A stretch of 64,000 nt of DNA from an uncultured Nitrospiraceae bacterium (GTDB taxonomy: Bacteria > Nitrospirota > Thermodesulfovibrionia > Thermodesulfovibrionales > UBA6898): the NCBI GenBank assembly GCA_963811165.1, contig CAWEQH010000001.1:192001-256000 (forward strand). The letters are read 5' to 3'. The position numbers and the translations under genes are program-made. Below, one piece after another: positions 25,202 through 34,698 of the stretch (positions within the stretch are counted from its first letter, which is position 1; every line of letters starts with the position of its first letter). The notes below the pieces were generated by a model. It saw nothing but the letters and a program-made list of their open reading frames with translations. It had not been told where the DNA came from and ran no database searches.

Positions 25202-25942
25202 ATGGCAATGAGAAACATCATTCATATCGATGAACAGAAGTGTAACGGATGCGGCAACTGCGTTGTGGACTGTGCTGAGGCGGCCCTGCAGATCCTAAAC
25301 GGAAAAGCGAAACTTGTCAAAGAGTTATACTGCGATGGGCTCGGAGCCTGTATCGGGGGCTGCCCGACAGGTGCGCTCACCGTGATAAGGAGGGAGGCCG
25401 ACGCCTTCGACGAGGCCGCAACGGAAAGACACATCCATGAAGCAAAAAAGAAAGAGGAGCCCTGCAGCTGCCCGGGGACGAGGACTGTTGACTTCACTGA
25501 AATCAAGGCCGGCCGGCACGGCGTCTCTGAGACGAAGCCCGAGCTTACTAACTGGCCCATACAGCTGAAGCTTGCTGCAACTGCGGCTCCGTATCTTAAC
25601 GGGGCAGACCTTCTCGTGGCGGCAGATTGTGCAGCTTTCTCAACCATTAATTTCCATAGCAGATTTATTAAAGGCAAAAAGGTCGTGATCGCGTGCCCGA
25701 AGCTGGATGATTCCCAGTTCTATTTTGAAAAGCTTACCGAGATGTTCGCACAGAACTCAATCAAGAGCGTCAGCGTAGCGAGGATGGAGGTGCCCTGTTG
25801 CGGGGGACTGGCCTACATTGTCAAGCAGGCAATCGAGAAGTCCGGAAAGGAGGTCCCCTACAGCGAAGTCGTGATCGGTATCAAAGGCGATATCCTTAAC
25901 GAAGGCAAGGCCCCGCTAATCCCTAAGCTGCAGGCAGTATAA
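25202..25942 (+). CDS. 4Fe-4S dicluster ferredoxin-domain protein with Cys-rich C-terminal domain
   Basis: CNGCGNCVVDC, CDGLGACIGGCP, NWPIQL, AADC, ACPKLD, MEVPCC. Confidence 0.85.
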   Translation: MAMRNIIHIDEQKCNGCGNCVVDCAEAALQILNGKAKLVKELYCDGLGACIGGCPTGALTVIRREADAFDEAATERHIHEAKKKEEPCSCPGTRTVDFTEIKAGRHGVSETKPELTNWPIQLKLAATAAPYLNGADLLVAADCAAFSTINFHSRFIKGKKVVIACPKLDDSQFYFEKLTEMFAQNSIKSVSVARMEVPCCGGLAYIVKQAIEKSGKEVPYSEVVIGIKGDILNEGKAPLIPKLQAV

Positions 25943-25987
25943 ACATCCTCTTGCCGGGAAGTTCGGAAAAGGGGACGTTACCTATCG

Positions 25988-26548
25988 TCACTCCGAATCG
26001 GTCTCGCACCAGTCGTCATCGCATTCGAGAGAATGTTCGAGGTAATCGTAGGCCGAAATGATCCGCTTTTCGGCCTCGATCTGCCCGGGCGAAAGGCCCC
26101 GGAGACTGCTTCTTCCGAGTTTTTCCAAGGCCGAAGCCTTATCGGGTATGGCATCGATCCCGGTTGCAATCACATCCCCTGAGGGGGTGTCGAGTATTTC
26201 GGCATCTTCCCCGTTGGTCACCACCGTAAAGGGTATCTGATGATCACCGAGTATCCTCGCTGCAGCGAGCGCGGGACGTTCGCGTGTGACGAGAGAACCG
26301 GGGCCGTACTTTATTACCATACATCTTGTACCGCTGACACTGACCACAAAATCGATGAGGGAAAGGACCTTCTTGCCCCCTATCCACATCTCGATGCGGT
26401 GCCTGGGCTCGATGTCGCTTTTCCCATATCCCTTTATTTCAACGAGGAAGCGGGCAATTTTCTGGCGGTACCGCTCGTCGTCGGTGTCTGTGATCTTGCG
26501 ACCGGAGATGAAATCCGTGGTCTTCCCTAATATTCTCTTATGTCCCAA
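25988..26548 (-). CDS. Stand-alone HsdR N-terminal-like domain protein (paralogue B)
   Basis: DFISGRKITDTDDERYRQK, KGY.K, SLIDF, KYGPGSLVTRER, IPFTVVTNG. Confidence 0.7.
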   Translation of the reverse strand: MGHKRILGKTTDFISGRKITDTDDERYRQKIARFLVEIKGYGKSDIEPRHRIEMWIGGKKVLSLIDFVVSVSGTRCMVIKYGPGSLVTRERPALAAARILGDHQIPFTVVTNGEDAEILDTPSGDVIATGIDAIPDKASALEKLGRSSLRGLSPGQIEAEKRIISAYDYLEHSLECDDDWCETDSE

Positions 26549-26552
26549 CAGG

Positions 26553-27296
26553 TTACTCCACTTTGACTACGATACGACCGGGGAGGCTGTCCAGAAGTTG
26601 TCTTACCGCCTTGCTCAGGGAATCTTCGGACCGGCATTCTGCGGTAACAATAATTTTGTATTCAGGATTGTCGAGGATCGGGTAAGAGCCAAAACTGACG
26701 TCCCCGTTTTCAGCAACGATCCTGTTGAGGTCGGCGGCAATGTCGGACTCGTCGGCATCCAGAAAAAGTCTTTTCAGATAAAGGGCAGTCGAACGAAACC
26801 GTTCCTTTATAACCCTAAATTTTTCCCTGAGATATTTTGGGATGCCGGGGAAAATAAAAATATTCCTGAACGCCACGAGGGGGAACCGTGAACTCCCGAA
26901 ATCGATCAGTTCAGCCCCTTCCGGCACCTCCGCCATCTTAAGGACAGCCTCATTGCATGTTTTTCCATATTTCTCGCGGAATTTCTGCTCGAGTGCCGGG
27001 TGTTTCATAAGCTTTACTCCGAACCCGTATGCGATACCTGCTGCGGTGATATCGTCGTGCGTCGGGCCTACGCCGCCGGAGGTAAAGACATAGTCAAAAC
27101 TCTCTGAAAAAGACACGGCCTCCCTGCCGATAGCCTCGATATCATCGGGGATTACGGATATGCGCATCACATTGACGCCCAAGGCCCTTAATTCAGAGGC
27201 GAGAAAGAAAGAGTTCGAGTCCTGGATCTTTCCTGAAAGGATCTCGTTGCCGATGATTATAATGCCGGCAGTTTTTATATGGCTCCTGCTGCTCAT
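26553..27296 (-). CDS. CinA N-terminal / molybdopterin-binding-domain protein
   Basis: IIIGNEILSG..QDSN, TSGGVGPTHDDIT, FPGIP. Confidence 0.88.
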   Translation of the reverse strand: MSSRSHIKTAGIIIIGNEILSGKIQDSNSFFLASELRALGVNVMRISVIPDDIEAIGREAVSFSESFDYVFTSGGVGPTHDDITAAGIAYGFGVKLMKHPALEQKFREKYGKTCNEAVLKMAEVPEGAELIDFGSSRFPLVAFRNIFIFPGIPKYLREKFRVIKERFRSTALYLKRLFLDADESDIAADLNRIVAENGDVSFGSYPILDNPEYKIIVTAECRSEDSLSKAVRQLLDSLPGRIVVKVE

Positions 27297-28201
27297 CCTG
27301 ATAATTTATCAGAAACCGATTCTATATGGTTTATAATTTCCAGGCAGGCGGCGCGATAACTGTACCCGAGGGCAATCTCTTGTCCTCTGCCCGTCATGAT
27401 GTCCCTGGCCGGGGCATCTTCAATAAATCTGCCGATCGTCTCGGAAAGTTCTCCCGGCGTACTGTACGTAGCTACGCTTCGGTCGAGCAGTTCATCCATG
27501 CCCAACACATTGTCCGATATGACAAACCCGCCGCTTGCCAGGACATCAAGAATTCTCGGGTTGATGAAGCCTTCCCGTTGCATATCTTCATGGTGGTCAT
27601 TAAGCACGATTTTCGCAGATCCATAGAGTCCGCTGAGGAGCGTGTTTTCGTAATATTCTCCGCCATACCATTTATCCGGTATCAACCCCTTCCAGCCCCA
27701 GCCCCATATCTTAACACTATATGGGGGCGCGCCCATATCCCTCACGATCTTTCTCACCAGTTTCTGTTTTGTATTTCCGACAAAGACGATATCGTATTCT
27801 TTATCCTTCCCTGCCGGCTGCATGGGTGTGGGTATCATCAGAAATTGCGCCTCAAAACCCATTTTCTCTATTTTCTTTATGAAAGGTTTTGAAATGCAAT
27901 AGACCTTATCGTAATAGCGAAGTATCTCAGGCGTGATCCAGTCAGGATGGCTGTGGACCCAAAGTATTGTATGCACGGCTGCAGGGGGAGGGCGGTGCGG
28001 CTCCCCAAAAAGATGCAAGAGGATTTTCGGTGCGGCATTATCAACGGGATATCCCAGGCCGGTAAATTCCCTTAATAAATTCTCCTTGAACCAATAATCT
28101 CCCCAGACCCTCGGTTTCGGTACTGAGTAAAAGTCGGAATAGGCGATGACACCTATCGGCGGAAATGAAGAATAATCCTTTGCCATATTTCTTGATATCA
28201 T
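27293..28201 (-). CDS. Glycosyltransferase, CgeB / Glyco_trans_1_2-like
   Basis: YDIVFVGN, WG.GW, KIVLNDH..DM...GFINPRILDVLASGGFVISD. Confidence 0.78.
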   Translation of the reverse strand: MISRNMAKDYSSFPPIGVIAYSDFYSVPKPRVWGDYWFKENLLREFTGLGYPVDNAAPKILLHLFGEPHRPPPAAVHTILWVHSHPDWITPEILRYYDKVYCISKPFIKKIEKMGFEAQFLMIPTPMQPAGKDKEYDIVFVGNTKQKLVRKIVRDMGAPPYSVKIWGWGWKGLIPDKWYGGEYYENTLLSGLYGSAKIVLNDHHEDMQREGFINPRILDVLASGGFVISDNVLGMDELLDRSVATYSTPGELSETIGRFIEDAPARDIMTGRGQEIALGYSYRAACLEIINHIESVSDKLSG

Positions 28202-28374
28202 TATAATTTAAGTGCCGGCTGTCTTAAAAGCAGAAGGGTTACAGCGCAAGGGAGCACTTCGGACTTTATCCTGACACGGATTTCTTATACGGCATATGGC
28301 AACCCTGCGTTATAAACATTATGGGGGTCTATATTCCCGTTATCGTCGGGAAGGTTCGTCAGTCCGCAAATCCG

Positions 28375-28578
28375 TCAGGCCATTAGTATGCCCTGATCGA
28401 CAGATTCAGGATCATCAAAAAGCGGAAACCATTCCTTTTTTATCATTACAAAGGGCATCTCTTTCTGGCAGGTCTTGCATCTTCTCATCTCGGCCGCCTT
28501 AATGCCGAGTGTTTTTGCGGCTGACGAAAGGCCCGGGTGATAAACAGCTTCATATTCATGCCTGTGCTTCATATCCAT
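28375..28578 (-). CDS. Small hypothetical protein (67 aa, one CxxC)
   Basis: AGGAGG RBS immediately upstream of ATG. Confidence 0.55.
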   Translation of the reverse strand: MDMKHRHEYEAVYHPGLSSAAKTLGIKAAEMRRCKTCQKEMPFVMIKKEWFPLFDDPESVDQGILMA

Positions 28579-28643
28579 GACCTCCTGTAATAAGGATACC
28601 TCATTTTATACCCGAAAACCAGCCATTAATTTTTGGGAGTGGG

Positions 28644-29915
28644 TCAGGACCCACTACCATTTTTTGTCTGTTCCCCATTTTCTTCTGGAGGATTTGCACT
28701 GTGGAAACTGCGATAAAGCAGCAGGTCGTAAATAATCTTGAGGGCGCCTGAGAGAAAAAAAGGCAGACTCAAAAGCGAAGGCTGCGCAAGGAGCGGACCG
28801 GTGATTACCGGTGACAATGATGCGCCGGTCGTCCGGGCAATGCCGGTGATGCCTGCCGCCGCCGAACGCTCATCAGGACTAACGACCGCCATTGTATAGG
28901 ATTGGCGGGTAGGCACGTCCATCTGGGATATGCTGAACCGAAGAAGGAGCAGGATGATCGCAAGCGTCAGGTTCGGCATAAGAGGGACAAGCATCAGTAA
29001 TATGTTCGAAGGTATGTGCGTATAAACCATCGTCCTTACCAAGCCTATTTTTGATGCGACCCGCGCAGCAGTGAGGGAGGAAAGTCCCGCGAGGATGTTG
29101 GCTCCAAAAAAAATAGCCCCGAGTGCGGCCGGTTGTACCTGGAAGCGGACATAGAACCAATAGGCAACAATACTTTGCAGTACGAACCCGCCTGCGAAGG
29201 CATCTAACGAAAATAACGCAGATAACTTAAAGACAATGCGCCTTGACTTGTGGAGGCCGAGAAAGCGCCCTTGCCTCTCCGGCAATCCGGAATCCCACTG
29301 CGGAGACGGAGCCTCTATACGACGCGAAAGGCGGGTGAACAGGATCCCGAGCATAACTCCCCCCGCTGCGTATGAAACGATGATGACGCGATAGCTTCCA
29401 AGCGGGGCCATCCCCAGTTCCTGCAACAATTGTGTCAGTCCCCCCCCGAACAAAGAGCCCAGGGCAGTGGCAAAAGAGCCGAGCAGATTGTACCAGGCAA
29501 ACACCTGTGTGCGCTGCTCGTTCGGAACGACCTGAGACAGTGCGGCCTGCTCGATTGACAGAAAAGGGCCGACTTCATAACCGCTCGGGCTGATGACCCC
29601 GACAGTGGCGGCAATCAGGAGAAGAAGGAAATTGTCCGTGACCGCAAACAATGCCCCCGCAAAGACCATTAGGAGCGAGCCGACAATAAGCATGCGCCTT
29701 CTGCCTGCTCGGTCCGCGGCCGTGGTAAGCCAAAGAGAAATAGCGGTATCACCGATGAGCGTCAGGGTAAAGAGCAGGCCGATCTGTTTTTCAGTAAGAC
29801 CGAGCTGGGCAAGATAGATCATCAGCACCACGGACACGAATCCATACGCAAACAAACGGAAGCCCCTGGTTGCAAAGAGGAGACGTCTATCCCGGCCCAT
29901 AGACAGGGGTTTCAA
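28644..29915 (-). CDS. MFS transporter
   Basis: About 12 hydrophobic segments, ADRAGRRRML motif A-like sequence. Confidence 0.9.
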   Translation of the reverse strand: MKPLSMGRDRRLLFATRGFRLFAYGFVSVVLMIYLAQLGLTEKQIGLLFTLTLIGDTAISLWLTTAADRAGRRRMLIVGSLLMVFAGALFAVTDNFLLLLIAATVGVISPSGYEVGPFLSIEQAALSQVVPNEQRTQVFAWYNLLGSFATALGSLFGGGLTQLLQELGMAPLGSYRVIIVSYAAGGVMLGILFTRLSRRIEAPSPQWDSGLPERQGRFLGLHKSRRIVFKLSALFSLDAFAGGFVLQSIVAYWFYVRFQVQPAALGAIFFGANILAGLSSLTAARVASKIGLVRTMVYTHIPSNILLMLVPLMPNLTLAIILLLLRFSISQMDVPTRQSYTMAVVSPDERSAAAGITGIARTTGASLSPVITGPLLAQPSLLSLPFFLSGALKIIYDLLLYRSFHSANPPEENGEQTKNGSGS

Positions 29916-29939
29916 TGGGGAATTCGAAGGGTCGAAGTA

Positions 29940-30401
29940 CTATCTGGCGCCGGCATCGGGCTTGCCCTGTTTCACTCTTTCTTGGCAGTACGCATAGAGT
30001 GCATCGTAGACGATCCCTTCTGCCGCGTTGATTTCGTGGTCGTCCCTTAAGCCAAGATGACGAAACCCCTCGGCAATCGCCTTTAGTCCAGGACCTTCGG
30101 GCTGATTGTAAAGGGTGTTGTCCGTATCTGCCCCGTTTACGATCCTGGCGAGCAACTCGATCGCGGGATCGGCGGCCAGATTATACTTTTTCACTATCGC
30201 ATCAAAAGAACACTCTTTACCATGATGCCCCAGCTCTACCTCCGGGAAATCGAATGGGGTTGCACCCAGACGGTCGGCTTCCCGCATCACTTTATCGGCA
30301 GGAACAAAATAAAATTCGGCGTCTTTGTCGATGAACTTCCTGATAAGCCAGGGACAGGCGACGCGGTCCACCTTGACATGCTCACGAGTGATCCATTTCA
30401 T
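29940..30401 (-). CDS. ChrB-domain (chromate-resistance family) protein
   Basis: MKWITRE..KVDRVACPWLIRKFID..AEF.FV, PFD, CSFDA. Confidence 0.85.
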   Translation of the reverse strand: MKWITREHVKVDRVACPWLIRKFIDKDAEFYFVPADKVMREADRLGATPFDFPEVELGHHGKECSFDAIVKKYNLAADPAIELLARIVNGADTDNTLYNQPEGPGLKAIAEGFRHLGLRDDHEINAAEGIVYDALYAYCQERVKQGKPDAGAR

Positions 30402-30519
30402 TTTACTATCTCCTGAAAGGTTCGGATGATTTGATCATTTTGTTTTTATTTCACCCTATAACCATTCAGGGCGACTGTCAAGCTTCGATAATTTAAAGGA
30501 ATAACTATGGATTAACGTG

Positions 30520-31197
30520 TCAGCGTTTCTTTCTCGGGGGGACAGAAAGCCCGGCCCTGTTTGCGCCGTGCAGGCCAGCAAGGCTGGAGCGTTCATCAAC
30601 CGGAGATAGATGTGCGATCATAGGTCTTGTGAGGATAGAGACCCTGCGGATCTCGTCCAGCCGCTGAGAGATGAGATCCATCGTCTCATCGCATGTGGTC
30701 CACTGGTGGCGGTCGAATGCTCTTAGATCGAGGGGGAGGGTATAACCTCGAAGGGTCTTCTCGCGGTGCAGGTTATAGTAATGCTCGAAGTACGACATTA
30801 TCAATTCCCGGAGGTCCCGGTACACAGGCTCACGAAACCGAAGGCCCGCAAAATTGGATTTGGCTACCGCACCCCAATGTCCGTCCCGCCGGAATAAGGC
30901 CAGCACATGGTCATCATCGCGTTTGTTCGGTAACAGATCAAGGACCAAAGCGGGATATCCCAGCCGCTTCAGCATCGCCGCCCCGAACACTGCGCCGTCG
31001 AAACACTGGCAGGTTCGCTCGCGAAGTACTCTCAGGGGCGCACGATATATCGTTTCAGTGCCGTAGGCGAGGGCATCGAGAAACAGCTGGATCTTGAAAG
31101 GCGTGTTCATACGGCTAACGACGCCCCGCTCAACCCCTGTCAGGGCCTGATCAAAACACTCAGTCGCCGACATATCTTTTTTCTTCCTGCCAGCCAT
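30520..31197 (-). CDS. Conserved hypothetical protein, possible transglutaminase-like Cys-His fold
   Basis: QCFDGA..., DDDHVLA, WGAVAKSNF. Confidence 0.6.
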   Translation of the reverse strand: MAGRKKKDMSATECFDQALTGVERGVVSRMNTPFKIQLFLDALAYGTETIYRAPLRVLRERTCQCFDGAVFGAAMLKRLGYPALVLDLLPNKRDDDHVLALFRRDGHWGAVAKSNFAGLRFREPVYRDLRELIMSYFEHYYNLHREKTLRGYTLPLDLRAFDRHQWTTCDETMDLISQRLDEIRRVSILTRPMIAHLSPVDERSSLAGLHGANRAGLSVPPRKKR

Positions 31198-31360
31198 GTT
31201 TGGTGATTGTATACGGCAACTGATTTGCTGTCAACTCAAGGCGGCTTAAGCCTGTAAGACTTGACTTGAGATTTCAGCGTTATCCGGGGACATTTCTCCT
31301 TGCCGATTATAGCTTCCCGACTCGAAGGCGGAAAAGGCCGGGTCCCTCAGCCTTCCACGT

Positions 31361-31963
31361 TCACGCTTCAGTGCTTACCGCCTCTTTCAGCATCGCCTTG
31401 ACAGTCTCGAATTCAGACTCGTTTATATCGAAGCTGTCCTGCCTTCTTTCGCCTTCAAGGATCGCCAGGACCTTATCGAGATGAGTTCTGTCACCGATCG
31501 TATCTGCATACCCCTGTACTGTAGCGGCCAGATAGTTCGTTGCGTTTCTTATGTCCTCGGCGGCCTCGTCGATCTTGCCCATTTCCAGATAGGAGGCCCC
31601 TCTTGCAAAGAGAGAGGCCCCATCGTCGGGTTTCAACTCTATGGCCTTCGAAAAGTCCTCTACCGCCTTGCTATAGTCCTTCTTCTGGGCATGAGACATC
31701 CCTCGGTAGTAGTAAGCACGCGGGCCCTTATCATCCAAAGCGATAACACTACTGAAGTCGGCAATTGCCTTGTCGGCTTCCCGTAACTTAAGATACGCCG
31801 CCCCACGGCTCAGGTAGGAGATTCTCCGATCGTAGCCCGCATCGGCGGCTTTTGTGAACGCCTCTGCGCTTTCTCTCAATTTTCCTTCTACAAAGACGCG
31901 TTTTGCATCCTCAAACAACTCGTTCGCTATCATTTCTTTTCTCCCTTTCTCTATACGACTCAT
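31361..31963 (-). CDS. Tetratricopeptide-repeat protein
   Basis: Repeated Y..RG.AY......A..DF..AI.L pattern. Confidence 0.88.
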   Translation of the reverse strand: MSRIEKGRKEMIANELFEDAKRVFVEGKLRESAEAFTKAADAGYDRRISYLSRGAAYLKLREADKAIADFSSVIALDDKGPRAYYYRGMSHAQKKDYSKAVEDFSKAIELKPDDGASLFARGASYLEMGKIDEAAEDIRNATNYLAATVQGYADTIGDRTHLDKVLAILEGERRQDSFDINESEFETVKAMLKEAVSTEA

Positions 31964-32233
31964 TTTGCCTGTCTAATTATAAGACGCCAACGCCCATTAC
32001 ACTAATGTTGGAAATCATAGTCCGAAGCTGTAAGCACTTGAAAAAAGGCGATTTCTTTGATTTGGCTTAATATCCGCTGCAGCCTTCCTTTTTTTTTCGG
32101 GCTTGGTCGCCTTTTTTTTGAAACAATTGCCCTCTTCAGGCTCGATGTATGCGGGGGAAGAGCTTGACTATGCCACCTATTGTGGACATTAAAGGCATAA
32201 CGATATAATAAAGAGGATTTCATACGGAGGTGA

Positions 32234-32803
32234 ATGAAGATGGTGAAGGCTTTCAAGATTCTCGGTTTTGCCGGCAGCCTGCGCAAAGGCTCTTACAATA
32301 AAGCCCTGTTACGTGCAGCGTGGGAGCTCGTTCCGGAAGGGGTCGAACTTGAGATCTTCGACCTCGAGGGGATCCCTCCTTTTAACCAGGACCTGGAAAA
32401 TGAGCCTGCGGAAAAGGTCAAGGAGTTCAAAGCAAAAATAAGGGCCGCAAACGCCATACTTATTGTGACGCCGGAGTACAATTATTCGATCCCCGGGGTA
32501 CTGAAAAACGCCATTGACAGTGCCTCGAGGCCTTATGGAGACAATGTGTTTGAACATAAGCCGGTGGCTATTATGGGGGCCTCCATGGGCATGATGGGAA
32601 CGGCAAGGGCCCAGTATCATCTGCGGCAGTGCTTTGTATTTTTGAGCTGTTTTGCCTTAAACCAGCCCGAGGTGATGGTCGCCCATGCACAGGAAAAGTT
32701 TGATAAAGACGGCAAGTTGACCGATCAGAAAACGAGGGATTTGATCAGACAACTGCTCGATAGCCTCGTAGCGTGGACGGAAAGATTGACCCGTTCCACG
32801 TAA
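32234..32803 (+). CDS. NAD(P)H-dependent FMN reductase (ChrR/YieF-like)
   Basis: GSLRKGSYN, TPEYNYSIPGVLKNAID, GTARAQYHLRQ. Confidence 0.92.
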   Translation: MKMVKAFKILGFAGSLRKGSYNKALLRAAWELVPEGVELEIFDLEGIPPFNQDLENEPAEKVKEFKAKIRAANAILIVTPEYNYSIPGVLKNAIDSASRPYGDNVFEHKPVAIMGASMGMMGTARAQYHLRQCFVFLSCFALNQPEVMVAHAQEKFDKDGKLTDQKTRDLIRQLLDSLVAWTERLTRST

Positions 32804-32836
32804 AAGAGACGGACGGTCCCTCCTTATCGCACAGTT

Positions 32837-34363
32837 TCAAACTGCACTATCGCAATTATCCGTTCTCAAATCACGCTTAGCAAGCCCTTTTACCATTTTT
32901 CTGAAATGGAACCCGTAGATTGAAAGCGTAATGGCGAGCGGGAAGAGTTTCGGCCGCCTAAACAGGGACCAGAAAAAGAGCTTCCAGTACTGGAAACGTT
33001 CTCTTCCCAAAATCCCGATGCGTATGATCGACTTTGGCAGGGCCATCACGTAGTTAAATCTCATGTGAAACACCCTGTTGTCGCCAGGGCTGTAGTTTTG
33101 AAGGAATGTCCTGACCCTTTTGTAGTACTGTTTCGGGGAATAAATGTTTTGCATGACCCTCTTATATCCCCCGACCAAGAGGTCGTACTCCATTGATGGG
33201 ACAAAGTTGATCGAAAAGTCCGTATTGTTGCCCGAGGTCCGCTCAAGAAGCCTGCCTTCTTTCGTAAGGCGGCTGTAAAGCTTTGTGCTTGGCAGCGCAT
33301 TGAGCATGCCCACCATTGCAGTCACTACCGAGGATTCCTGTATGAAAGAGATCATCCGGTCAAATATCTCCGGCGGGTCGTTGTCGAATCCCACGATAAA
33401 ACCTCCCTGGACCTCAAGGCCGAACTGCTGCATTTTCCGTATGCTGGCGATCATATCGCGGCCCTTATTTGCGCGCTTGCCGCATTCGTCGAGACTCCCC
33501 TCGTTTGGCGACTCGATACCGACGAAAACGGTGTCGAACCCGGCCTGTGCCATCAGACCCATCAGTTCTTCGTCGTCCGCAAGGTTGATGGAAGCCTCGG
33601 TGGTAAATGTAAAGGGGTAATTATTCCGGGTCATCCACCCTATCATCGCGGGCAGTATTTCATGTTTCAGCTTTGCCTTGTTGCCGATGAAGTTGTCGTC
33701 CACGATGAAGACGCAACCCTTCCAGTTGAGGGCATGGATATTGTCGAGTTCCGCAATAAGCTGATCCCTGGTCTTGGTCCTCGGCACACGCCCGAACAGG
33801 GAAGTGATGTTGCAAAACTCGCAATCGAATGGACAGCCCCGGGAGTATTGAATGTTCATGGCCCCGTAGTCTCCGGTCCTTACAAGCGCCCTCTTGGGGA
33901 CAGGAGATCTGCTGAGGTCGGCCCAGTTGGCGGTGGTATACATCCCCCCGGGCATTCCATTTTTCAGGTCACTCAGGAAGGCCGGAAGAGTTTCCTCAGC
34001 CTCGTTTAAAACGAAATGGTCTACCATGCCCGCATACTCTTCGTGCCCCGTGGTAAAGAGCGGCCCTCCTGCCACGACCTTTCGGCCGAGGGACTTGCAT
34101 CTCCGGAGGACATCCTTTACGGATTCGGCCTGGACGATCATTGCACTGATATATACATAATCGGCCCATAAGATATCTTTGTCTCTGAGTTTCCTGACGT
34201 TCATGTCGACAAGGTCCAACTCCCATTCCTCAGGGAGCATGGCGGCTATGGTAAGCAGACCCAGCGGGGGGAAACTTGCTTTCTTGGAGATAAAACTCAG
34301 GGCGTATTTGAAACTCCAAAAGGTGACCGGATACTCCGGATATACTAATAAGACTTTCATCAT
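32837..34363 (-). CDS. Cobalamin-binding radical SAM protein (DUF4070-type)
   Basis: N-terminal B12-binding domain (PPLGLLTIAA), SRGCPFDCEFC, IVDDNFIGN. Confidence 0.9.
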   Translation of the reverse strand: MMKVLLVYPEYPVTFWSFKYALSFISKKASFPPLGLLTIAAMLPEEWELDLVDMNVRKLRDKDILWADYVYISAMIVQAESVKDVLRRCKSLGRKVVAGGPLFTTGHEEYAGMVDHFVLNEAEETLPAFLSDLKNGMPGGMYTTANWADLSRSPVPKRALVRTGDYGAMNIQYSRGCPFDCEFCNITSLFGRVPRTKTRDQLIAELDNIHALNWKGCVFIVDDNFIGNKAKLKHEILPAMIGWMTRNNYPFTFTTEASINLADDEELMGLMAQAGFDTVFVGIESPNEGSLDECGKRANKGRDMIASIRKMQQFGLEVQGGFIVGFDNDPPEIFDRMISFIQESSVVTAMVGMLNALPSTKLYSRLTKEGRLLERTSGNNTDFSINFVPSMEYDLLVGGYKRVMQNIYSPKQYYKRVRTFLQNYSPGDNRVFHMRFNYVMALPKSIIRIGILGRERFQYWKLFFWSLFRRPKLFPLAITLSIYGFHFRKMVKGLAKRDLRTDNCDSAV

Positions 34364-34415
34364 TCTCTCACATTCGTTGATAGCATTTTACAATGGTTAT
34401 GCACTTTGCTCAAAC

Positions 34416-34446
34416 AAAAAAACCGCAAAGCCGAATACTCTGCGGT
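34416..34446 (-). terminator. Intrinsic terminator in the leader of the radical SAM gene
   Basis: Minus strand ACCGCAGAG-TATTCGG-CTTTGCGGT plus T-tract; the G.U pair only forms on this strand. Confidence 0.7.
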
Positions 34447-34493
34447 GTATATGCGACAAAATACTCCTGACTGCTTCTGAGTCTTAGTATGGC

Positions 34494-34522
34494 ATTGTCC
34501 TGATACAATTAGCAATTGTCAA
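34494..34522 (-). promoter_or_regulatory. Putative sigma70 promoter with overlapping inverted repeat
   Basis: Minus strand TTGACA-N17-GACAAT; ACAATT-N3-AATTGT palindrome at 34505-34519. Confidence 0.5.
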
Positions 34523-34698
34523 AAACGATGGCCTCTCCACTATGAAAAGTATAATTGACCAAAAAAAAAGCGGGAAGGAAATGTACACTCTATTGTCCTC
34601 CTGTGCAAGCCAGGCAGCAAAACACCTGCGCTGAGATCATCGGTCGAACGCACGTGCCGAAGGGGAGAATAGTCGGACTTGGGGTCGCAGCAGGGCGA

